From the NCBI GenBank assembly GCA_038150265.1, contig JAYOTF010000011.1, positions 19,274 through 83,273 of the forward strand: a stretch of 64,000 nt of DNA, given 5' to 3'. The position numbers were made by a program, and so were the translations under genes. Below the pieces are notes generated by a model. That model worked only from the letters and a program-made list of their open reading frames with translations, had not been told where the DNA came from and did not search any database. This document shows, in pieces, positions 56,827 to 64,000 of this stretch. Position 1 is the first letter of the stretch; every line of letters starts with the position of its first letter. The stretch comes from Deltaproteobacteria bacterium. GTDB lineage: Bacteria; SAR324; NAC60-12.

Positions 56827-57981
56827 GTGAACGATTTTATCTACCTTGACCACAATGCCACAACCCCGTTGCTTCCGGAAGCCCGGGACGCCATCGTCGA
56901 GGCGCTGGAAACCTTTGGCAACCCCTCCAGCCCACACCAGGCGGGGCGGGCGGCCCGGACGCTGCTGGAAGGCGCCCGGAAGCGCATTGCCCGTCGTCTG
57001 GGCGTCTCCACACAGGAGGTCCTCTTCACGAGCGGAGGCAGCGAGAGCAACAACACCGTCCTCCAGCAGGTCGCCCTGGGCTCCGGAGCGCGGCACCTGA
57101 TCACGTCGGCAGTCGAGCACCCGTCTGTTCTGGAACCGGCCCAGGCCATGAACCGGCTTCCGGAGGTCGCGGCCACCCAGCTTCCGGTCAATGCCCAGGG
57201 GCAGGTGCCTCCGGAGGCCCTCGCCGACCAGCTTCGTCCGGAAACACGGCTGGTGTCGGTGATGGCGGCCAACAACGAAACCGGGGCGCTTCAGCCGCTG
57301 GCCGCCCTCTCCGAAATGTGCCGGTCTCAGCAGATCGGGTTTCACAGCGACGTCACTCAGGCGCTGGGCAAGCAGGCCCTCAACTGGGAGCTGCTTGATT
57401 ATGCCACCGCAGCTGCCCATAAGCTAGGGGGGCCCAAAGGAATCGGGATGCTCTACGTCCGCAAGCAAACGCCCCTGCACCCGCTCATCTGGGGAGGCAA
57501 GCAGGAGCGCGTCCGCCGTGCAGGCACCGAAAGCGTGGCCCTGGCCTGTGGCTTTGCGGTGGCGCTGGAGTGGTTCCTGGACCGTCAGGAGGCCCTGCAG
57601 GCCCAGTTCCGGGAAGCCCGGCAGCGGCTGCTGCCTCAGGTGGAGGCGCTCCCCGGGTACTTCCGGAACAGTCCGCCCGACACCGACTGCCTCGCCCACA
57701 CCCTCAACTTTGGCATCGAGGGCGTGAGCGCCGAGACGCTGCTGATTTCGCTCGATCTTGACGGCATCGGTGTGTCTACTGGTTCCGCTTGTTCCTCAGG
57801 CGCTCTGGAAGCAAGCCCGGTGCTGCTGGCCCAGGGCCGCACCCGTGAGCAGGCCCGGTCCAGCCTCCGGGTCAGCTGGGGCTGGAACACGCCTCCAGAT
57901 GCGCTGGAGGCCCTGGGGACCCGGCTGTCCCACCACGTTCACCGCTTACTGAAGAAGAGACCATGTCATTCCGCTGGCTGA
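56827..57981 (+). CDS. Cysteine desulfurase (IscS/NifS group I)
   Basis: IYLDHNATTP, GNPSS, FTSGGSESNN, AHKLGGPKG, RAGTE, catalytic STGSACSSG. Confidence 0.93.
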   Translation: MNDFIYLDHNATTPLLPEARDAIVEALETFGNPSSPHQAGRAARTLLEGARKRIARRLGVSTQEVLFTSGGSESNNTVLQQVALGSGARHLITSAVEHPSVLEPAQAMNRLPEVAATQLPVNAQGQVPPEALADQLRPETRLVSVMAANNETGALQPLAALSEMCRSQQIGFHSDVTQALGKQALNWELLDYATAAAHKLGGPKGIGMLYVRKQTPLHPLIWGGKQERVRRAGTESVALACGFAVALEWFLDRQEALQAQFREARQRLLPQVEALPGYFRNSPPDTDCLAHTLNFGIEGVSAETLLISLDLDGIGVSTGSACSSGALEASPVLLAQGRTREQARSSLRVSWGWNTPPDALEALGTRLSHHVHRLLKKRPCHSAG

Positions 57982-58160
57982 TCCTGCTTGCCCTGTTGAC
58001 CCTGCTGAGCGGGTGCGCGATCCGGTCGTACAATGCGGCCAACTACGAAGCCTGCCTTCCGGAGCTGGAAGCCGACCGGCAGGCCCGGCAGGCCGACTTC
58101 TTCTCCTACACCCCGGAGCGCTTCGACGAATGCCGAGCGCCGGCGCGCTATGGAGACTGA
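57963..58160 (+). CDS. Small lipoprotein
   Basis: Lipobox LSGC after a hydrophobic leader; two additional Cys residues. Confidence 0.7.
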   Translation: MSFRWLILLALLTLLSGCAIRSYNAANYEACLPELEADRQARQADFFSYTPERFDECRAPARYGD

Positions 58161-58164
58161 GCCC

Positions 58165-58479
58165 ATGAAACCGGTGTGGACCCTCCTCATCCTGCTGCTG
58201 CTGAGCAGCCCGGCGTGGAGCCAGGAAGCCGGGACGCCGTCTTATGGCACCGTCAACCGCCCCCTGAACTACCAGGCCCTCCGGCAGCGGGTGGAATCGG
58301 CCCCGGCCTATGAGCGCCTCAAGAAGGTGCTGGCCACCCTCGACAACGACAGCCTCTTGCCGCCTCCGCCCAGGAATCAGTTCGACTACAAGTCGATGCT
58401 GCGCTACGTGGAGCAGTACCGCAAGAGCCCGCCCCCCATCCGAGACGACCTCAAGACGGTCTACCCCAACCGCCCCTGA
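58165..58479 (+). CDS. Small secreted hypothetical protein
   Basis: Signal peptide MKPVWTLLILLLLSSPAWS; RBS GGAGA. Confidence 0.65.
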   Translation: MKPVWTLLILLLLSSPAWSQEAGTPSYGTVNRPLNYQALRQRVESAPAYERLKKVLATLDNDSLLPPPPRNQFDYKSMLRYVEQYRKSPPPIRDDLKTVYPNRP

Positions 58480-58521
58480 ATTCCGGGGCAAACTTGCTGC
58501 GAAAAAAGGGTCGCTTTTCCC

Positions 58522-58548
58522 TAAAGTTTTCCCGGGAGAAGCCGATAA
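58522..58548 (+). promoter_or_regulatory. Sigma-28 (FliA) promoter
   Basis: TAAAGTTT-N11-GCCGATAA (TAAA-N15-GCCGATAA), the exact consensus, 45 nt upstream of the flagellin gene. Confidence 0.92.
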
Positions 58549-58593
58549 GGGAAGGGAACGTGGGACACTCCCGCCCCTAACGACCGTAAGACC

Positions 58594-60207
58594 ATGAAGA
58601 TTCGCAACAACGTCGCCTCGCTGAATGCCCTCCGCCACGCGAATGAAAACTTTCGCAACATCAGCGGCTCCATTGAAAAGCTCAGCTCCGGAATGGCCAT
58701 CAACCGTGGCTCTGACGGACCCGCCTCGCTCATCAACTCCGAGCGGCTGCGAGGCAACATCGTGGGCCTGCAGCAGGCCTATGCGAATGGACAGGTCTCG
58801 GTTTCCCTGCTCCAGACGGCTGAAGGCGCCCTCAACGAGATCAGCAACATCCTCATCCAGCTCAAGCAGCTCAGCGTCCATGCCGCCAACGAGGCCGTGA
58901 ACGACGAGTACATGCTGGAAGCGGATCAGATGGAGATCGACAACCTCCTCGGCTCCATTGACCGGATTGTGCAGAACACCACCTTTTCCGGTCGCAAGCT
59001 CCTCACCGGCGACCTGGGCGTGGACGGTGTGGCCGTGGGCAACAACCTCGAATTCGTGGCGGCCACCACCGAAACCCAGTCTTCTCCGGGCAAGGGCTAC
59101 GAAGTGGACATCTCCCGCGTCGCCACCCGCTCGCACCTCAAGGGCACCGAGCCCCTCACCGTGGACAACTTCGGTGACGGCATCATCCTCCTCGTCAATG
59201 AGAACGGACGCAACTCCGAGCTGAACACGCAGGAAGACAAGCAGCTGAACAGCGACATTTCCAAGATCCTCAAGGACCACCGCGAGAGCCCGGACATCCT
59301 CGATGCCGAGACGGCTTCCGAGCAAATCCGCGGCATCGTCGTCCGGGCCATGCAGAAGCGGATGGAGCGAGACGGCGTCAATGTCGACGTCCTGGAAGGC
59401 CCCGACCAGACCCTGCTGTTCCGGCACCGCGAGTTCGGTGACCACACGTCCTTCACCGTCACCTGCAACCTCCCCGGCATTGTGGGCCCGGAGCGCAACA
59501 TGGCGACCCCGTCCGAAGCCGGACAGGACGTCGCGGGAACCATCAACGGCGACACGGCCGAAGGACATGGTCAGGAGCTGACCGCCCTCGCAGGTTCCAC
59601 CGCTGAAGGCCTGAAGATCCGCTACGACCGCGAGATCGGCCTCAAGGAAGTGCCGGTGCTTGATGAAAGTGGCGAGCAGGTGGGCACTGAATTCATTCAG
59701 GAAACCCAGGATGAAGTGGTGGGCAGCCCCAGCAACCCGGTCATTGAAGGCTACATCCACGTCTCTCAGCAGTCTCAGGAATTCAGCCTCGGCCCCCGTC
59801 CGAAGCAAAACGCCTCCATCTCCATCGGCAACGTCCGGACCAACAAGCTCGGACAGGGCGTGGACAACGACAGCCGCTTCCGGAACCTTTCGGAGATTGA
59901 CGTCCGGGACCTCCAAGGCGCCAAGGATTCGACTCAGGTGATTGAGAAGGCGATTGATGAGATCAGCACCCTCCGGGGACGCATTGGTGCCTTCCAGAAG
60001 CACACCATGGAGCGGGGATTGAGCAGCTTGAAGGTGGCCGAAGAGAACAACGTGGCCGGCGAGTCGAAGATTCGCGACACGGACGTCGCGGAAGAGATGT
60101 CCAAGCTGACGAGCAACCAGATCATGTTCCAGGCCAGCCAGGCCATGCTGGCGCAAGCCAATCAGATGCCTGAGAAGGTCCTCTCCCTCATGCAGCCTCA
60201 GGGCTGA
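58594..60207 (+). CDS. fliC: Flagellin
   Basis: N-domain EKLSSG.AIN...LLQTAEGALNE; C-domain AIDEISTLRGRIGAFQ, ESKIRDTDVAEEM, AMLAQANQMP. Confidence 0.93.
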   Translation: MKIRNNVASLNALRHANENFRNISGSIEKLSSGMAINRGSDGPASLINSERLRGNIVGLQQAYANGQVSVSLLQTAEGALNEISNILIQLKQLSVHAANEAVNDEYMLEADQMEIDNLLGSIDRIVQNTTFSGRKLLTGDLGVDGVAVGNNLEFVAATTETQSSPGKGYEVDISRVATRSHLKGTEPLTVDNFGDGIILLVNENGRNSELNTQEDKQLNSDISKILKDHRESPDILDAETASEQIRGIVVRAMQKRMERDGVNVDVLEGPDQTLLFRHREFGDHTSFTVTCNLPGIVGPERNMATPSEAGQDVAGTINGDTAEGHGQELTALAGSTAEGLKIRYDREIGLKEVPVLDESGEQVGTEFIQETQDEVVGSPSNPVIEGYIHVSQQSQEFSLGPRPKQNASISIGNVRTNKLGQGVDNDSRFRNLSEIDVRDLQGAKDSTQVIEKAIDEISTLRGRIGAFQKHTMERGLSSLKVAEENNVAGESKIRDTDVAEEMSKLTSNQIMFQASQAMLAQANQMPEKVLSLMQPQG

Positions 60208-60216
60208 TCCTGCCTG

Positions 60217-60239
60217 GCCGAGGTCCTCTGGGCCTCGGC
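60217..60239. terminator. Hairpin between the convergent flagellin and oxidoreductase genes
   Basis: GCCGAGGTCC-tct-GGGCCTCGGC. Confidence 0.55.
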
Positions 60240-60246
60240 ACGTGCC

Positions 60247-61500
60247 TCAGGCTCCGGTGGAGCCGAAATCATAAAGAATCGCTTCAGCCGCCCGGCGTCC
60301 GGAACGCATGGCTCCCTGCAGAGACGCGTGCTCGCGGTGATCGCCACAGACGAACAGACCCGCGTCCACCTTCACGGGCTTCTCCAGCCGGTTTCGCGGG
60401 CCTGCAGGGTGCGCCGGGAGGGCCTGAGCCAGGTCGTAGTGCCGCAGCAGCTCCCAGTCCTGGATGCCGGAGCCGTACCAGCCTTCCAGCTGCGTCCGGA
60501 CGGCTGCTTCAGTCGCCTCCACGCTTTCCTGCGGGTCAATCACCGACACCGAAATCAGCTCCTTCCCGGCGGGCGCCAGCGCTTCCGAGACCCGGCTCAT
60601 GACCGCCACATTGTTGACGGGTCCCGAGTCCTCGCCGTTGAGGATCAGCAGGGAATCCGCCTCCGGAGGCTTCGGCGCCGAGAAGTAGTAGCACACCACC
60701 CGATTCCACTCAGCCTCCGGACTGCCCGGCACCAGCCGGTGCGCCTCGGTGCCATCGGTGGCAACCACCACCTGATCGGCCTCACGGACGGTGCCATCGG
60801 CGAGCACCACGGCTCCGGAGCGGACCTCCTGCACAGGCGTCTCGTACTCCACGGTGTCCGGGGGGAGGCACTGCACCAGCTGCTCCGGAATCTGCCCCAT
60901 GCCCAGCGCAGGCACAGCGGTTTGTCCGGATGCAAACATCTTGAAGGTAAAGTCGAGCATCCGGGCGCTGGTCGCCAGCTCAGGCTCCAGGAAGATGCCC
61001 CGGTAAAACGGAGCCAGGAAGCCGGTGATCATCTCGTCACTAAAGCCACGCTCGCGGAAGGCGTCCCGGGTGGAGCGATCCGGTTTCTGGAAGACCTCAT
61101 GCAGGCTGGCGCGCTTCACTTCATTGCGGAAGCGGAACAGGCTCCAGCGGTCCTGCCAGTTTCCCAGCATGGGGCTCAGGTGCTCCAGCGCGTCCAGTGG
61201 CGCCCGCCACGGATCGGCAATGCGGTACCGGGTGCCCTGGCGCCAGAGGATGGCCCCCGGCTGGAAGGCCTTGAGCTTGAGGGCGGGGTAGTCCAGCAAC
61301 CGCTGCGCTTCAGGGTACGCCGTGAGGAGCACCTGAAAGCCACGGTCCAGCCGAAAGCCGTGGACCTCATCGGTCCGGACCCGCCCCCCCGGTGCATCGG
61401 AGGCTTCCAGAATGGTGACCTCGCGCCCACCGCGGTGTAGGTGAATGGCAGCCGCCAATCCGGCCACTCCCGCTCCCACAATGATGACTCTTGAACTCAC
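60247..61500 (-). CDS. FAD-dependent oxidoreductase (flavin amine oxidase/phytoene desaturase-like)
   Basis: IIVGAGVAGL, EASDAPGGRVRTD, LDRGFQV, VCGDH..ASLQGAMRSG; GTG start after AGGAG. Confidence 0.9.
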   Translation of the reverse strand: MSSRVIIVGAGVAGLAAAIHLHRGGREVTILEASDAPGGRVRTDEVHGFRLDRGFQVLLTAYPEAQRLLDYPALKLKAFQPGAILWRQGTRYRIADPWRAPLDALEHLSPMLGNWQDRWSLFRFRNEVKRASLHEVFQKPDRSTRDAFRERGFSDEMITGFLAPFYRGIFLEPELATSARMLDFTFKMFASGQTAVPALGMGQIPEQLVQCLPPDTVEYETPVQEVRSGAVVLADGTVREADQVVVATDGTEAHRLVPGSPEAEWNRVVCYYFSAPKPPEADSLLILNGEDSGPVNNVAVMSRVSEALAPAGKELISVSVIDPQESVEATEAAVRTQLEGWYGSGIQDWELLRHYDLAQALPAHPAGPRNRLEKPVKVDAGLFVCGDHREHASLQGAMRSGRRAAEAILYDFGSTGA

Positions 61501-61767
61501 CCGGGTCTCCTGACTGTCAAGGGTTGAACACGGCCTCCACACGTTGGGGCTGGGGAGGGATCCAGCCTGAAAAATCCTGAACCAGCACCCTAAGGGATCA
61601 GGCGCAAAAGGAAAGGCCAATCGCCCCCACTTCACCGGGGCCTCCTGTGCTTTCAGGACCCGCTTGAGGAATGCCACGAAGGTGAGAGAATGAAAACCTG
61701 CCCGCCGGTTTCTGGCCCGAAGAGCCGGCAGTGGCCCCCTTCAACCCTTTCCAGCAGGAGCCGTGTG

Positions 61768-62373
61768 ATGGCGTTTCGATCCCTCTTTCCCTTCCTCCTT
61801 GCCGTAGCCGTGTGGGTGGCTGCTTCCGGATGCAGCAGCAACCAGGCCGCCGTTCAGGATGGAACCCGCCTGGATGATCAACCCGAGTGGGTGCAAACGC
61901 TGGGAGACTACTCCACCAACTTCCCCGGAAAGGAAGGCATTGGCGCCGTGGCCAGCGCTCCGGGCTCCAGGCTGGGGAGTCAGGTGCAGCGTGAAGACGC
62001 CCTCCTCGCTGCCCGCAACGAGCTGGCAACCCGCATCAAGGCCCGCGTCCGGAGCGTCCTGTCCAGCACACGGCAGCGCCTGCTGGAGCAAGGGGTGGAA
62101 GAGGCGGAGGAGCTGGGAACCGTCAACACCCAAAACGCGGTGCAGCAGCGCGTGGATGAGAACCTGATCGGCTCGCGTGTGATCAAGCAGTGGAAGGATC
62201 CGGACAGCGGAGAGCTGTACGTGTGGGTGGTGCTTGATGGCGAAGGCCTGGCGCAGATGCGCAGCGCCATTCAGCGGGAGGTGATGGACCAACGCCTGGC
62301 CAAGGCCCGGGACCAGCACCGGCAGATGCTCAAGGAAGCCTTTGACACCGAGATGGAGCAGTTGACCCAGTGA
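61768..62373 (+). CDS. LPP20-family-like lipoprotein
   Basis: Lipobox ASGC; PEWV...QREDALLAARNELA...LIGSRVIKQWKDPDSGELYVWV. Confidence 0.75.
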   Translation: MAFRSLFPFLLAVAVWVAASGCSSNQAAVQDGTRLDDQPEWVQTLGDYSTNFPGKEGIGAVASAPGSRLGSQVQREDALLAARNELATRIKARVRSVLSSTRQRLLEQGVEEAEELGTVNTQNAVQQRVDENLIGSRVIKQWKDPDSGELYVWVVLDGEGLAQMRSAIQREVMDQRLAKARDQHRQMLKEAFDTEMEQLTQ

Positions 62374-62900
62374 GCCGCCGCCTCTTCCTCTGCCTGCTGC
62401 TGATGCTGCTGGTCGCCTCCGAAAGCCTTGCCGAGGCGCCGCAGGTGCGCTTTCGCCTCCGGAGCCTCAGTGGGGAGCGCTTTGACTCTCAGCAGGCTCA
62501 GGGCCCCATGATCCTTTCGTTCTTCTTCACCCGCTGCCCACCGTGTCTGGAAGAGATGCCGGCGCTGCTCCGGAAGGTCACGTCGTTGCCCACCCCGGTC
62601 CACCTCCTCTTCGTCAACCCCTATGTCCCGGAGCTGGGCATCACGGAGGCGCCCGATACCGAACGCAGCATCCGCCGCTTTGCCCAGCAGCTCGGGATTC
62701 CGGAGTCGGTGGTCTACTTTGATGAGCTGGGCTCGGTGACCCGGCGCTTCACGCGCGCCCACCTCTTTCCTCAGGCTCAGGCGTATGGAACGCTCCTGCT
62801 CTTCCCCAGCCTGGTGGTGCTGAAGGCCGACGGGACGGTGCAGTGGGTGCAGGAAGGATCGGCCCCGGACTTTCTGGAGCAACTGGAAGCGGCCTTATGA
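62370..62900 (+). CDS. Exported TlpA/redoxin family thiol-disulfide oxidoreductase
   Basis: Signal peptide; FFFTRCPPCLEEMP (CxxC); cis-Pro region FPSLVVLKADGTV. Confidence 0.85.
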   Translation: MSRRLFLCLLLMLLVASESLAEAPQVRFRLRSLSGERFDSQQAQGPMILSFFFTRCPPCLEEMPALLRKVTSLPTPVHLLFVNPYVPELGITEAPDTERSIRRFAQQLGIPESVVYFDELGSVTRRFTRAHLFPQAQAYGTLLLFPSLVVLKADGTVQWVQEGSAPDFLEQLEAAL

Positions 62901-63826
62901 AGTACGGCGTGGGGCTCAGCCTCTTCCTCTTGCTGGGGTGCACGGCCCCGGAGCGGCCTGGCGTTTCCGAACGACTTGCCGCGTCGGAGCAGCAGCACCA
63001 GGCCCAGCTCAACGAGGCCTTTGCGCCCCCGGCCCCCTCCCGCCCTGAGCCCGTGTCTCGCGCGGCGGCCGGACCTCCCGCCTGGAGCCAGGCGTTTCCG
63101 GAGAGCTGCCAGGCAACCGAGTGGTGCGGGTTCGCCGTTGTGGACGCCTGTGCCACTCCGTTTGCGTGCCGCAATGAAGCCGAGCTTCAGGCCAGCCGCG
63201 ACCTGCTCTGCAGCATCTCCTCGCGCATCCGCGACCGCACCATCCGCCGCACCCAGCGCACCCTCACCGAGTCTGGCGAGGAAACCGGGGTGCTGACCTA
63301 CTCGCAGGAGGTGCGGGAACGCTGCGCCGATGTCCCGCTCCGGGAAGTGCGCTTTGAGCACGCCTACTGGGAGGCTCAGCAGCAGCACTTCACGCTGGCG
63401 CGCATGCTCCGTCCCCCTCCGCCTCCTCCCGCATCAGAAGCAAGGCCCACCCGCCTGTTCCGGGTGGCCCCTGGGTTTTCGGAAGCGCCGATTCTGAAGG
63501 ATTGGTTACAGGAGGAAGGACGGTTGGCAGCAGTGGAAGCGACGGAGGCGTGGACGCTTGGGGCGTCCGTGGCGTATGAACTGAAACCGCATGACGGGAC
63601 GCTCTTTCATGGCACTGCCACCGCCACCCTGACCCTGACCCTGGAGCATCCGGATGCGCCTCCTCGCTCAGAGCGGCGCTGGGTCATCCGGCGCCTGCTT
63701 GTGCCCAACCCGGAAACCCTCTCCGCCGCCCAACGTGCCGAAGCCCAGGAGAAGACCCTCCGCAAGGGCCTCTCTGAATTCCGGGCTGAACTGCTCGCAT
63801 TTCTGCAGGGGGATGCCCTGAAATAA
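62897..63826 (+). CDS. Cys-rich lipoprotein with an LPP20-like region
   Basis: Lipobox LLGC; PPAWS...RNEAELQASRDL..SISSRI; six further Cys residues; ATGA overlap with the redoxin gene. Confidence 0.65.
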   Translation: MKYGVGLSLFLLLGCTAPERPGVSERLAASEQQHQAQLNEAFAPPAPSRPEPVSRAAAGPPAWSQAFPESCQATEWCGFAVVDACATPFACRNEAELQASRDLLCSISSRIRDRTIRRTQRTLTESGEETGVLTYSQEVRERCADVPLREVRFEHAYWEAQQQHFTLARMLRPPPPPPASEARPTRLFRVAPGFSEAPILKDWLQEEGRLAAVEATEAWTLGASVAYELKPHDGTLFHGTATATLTLTLEHPDAPPRSERRWVIRRLLVPNPETLSAAQRAEAQEKTLRKGLSEFRAELLAFLQGDALK

Positions 63827-64000
63827 AGATTCCCGATCCGCTCCCCCCAGACGCCTCCACCAGGCTCCCGCATCCCCATCGGGGGACCCGAGGCACCCGG
63901 AATTGGCAGCTTCCAGCCATCATGTGGCTCAGTGCCGAGAAACATGACAAGCCCTCAAAGAAGCGGCATGAAACCATGCGACCACTCCCTTGACAGATAC

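Noticed and set aside
57946..60156. 736-aa minus-strand ORF and similar long antisense ORFs (9329-11146, 18963-20477, 22649-23938, 37029-38789)
   Set aside because: Each mirrors a well-supported gene on the opposite strand.
1..64000. rRNA, tRNA, tmRNA, CRISPR arrays, IS elements
   Set aside because: None recognised by eye in the intergenic gaps; tRNAscan-SE and Infernal were not run.

Overview
GC-rich (roughly 65% by eye) bacterial chromosomal segment with about 57 densely packed genes. I found no rRNA, tRNA, CRISPR array, integrase or transposase. The gene repertoire suggests a flagellated Gram-negative of deltaproteobacterial affinity, possibly SAR324-like (inference only). Housekeeping genes: cysG/cobA (5' truncated), alr, a soluble lytic transglycosylase, mfd, coaE, prfB with a programmed +1 frameshift, yajQ, etfAB, a ProX-type deacylase, an IscS-like desulfurase, and a flagellin with a consensus sigma-28 promoter. 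Catabolic/transport blocks: a LacI-regulated amino-sugar operon (RidA, GH20, ABC transporter, Gfo/Idh/MocA oxidoreductase, BadF-type kinase); a urate/allantoin cluster (puuD, puuE, GntR, alc, CitE-superfamily enzyme, uraD, NCS2 permease); and a Pot-type polyamine ABC operon ending in a deaminase. Most unusual items: (1) a K+ channel with tandem RCK, Sel1 and TerB-like domains, encoded downstream of a membrane-less CASTOR/POLLUX-like RCK protein; (2) an orphan ParA with a deviant Walker A coupled to a non-ParB, DUF3102-like partner, plus a recurrent intergenic GG(A/T)CAAAA motif; (3) strong window-wide over-representation of the palindrome TCCGGA; (4) a CitE/malate-synthase-like enzyme sitting in the ureidoglycolate/glyoxylate slot of purine catabolism. 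All family calls come from motif recognition by eye; no database searches were run.
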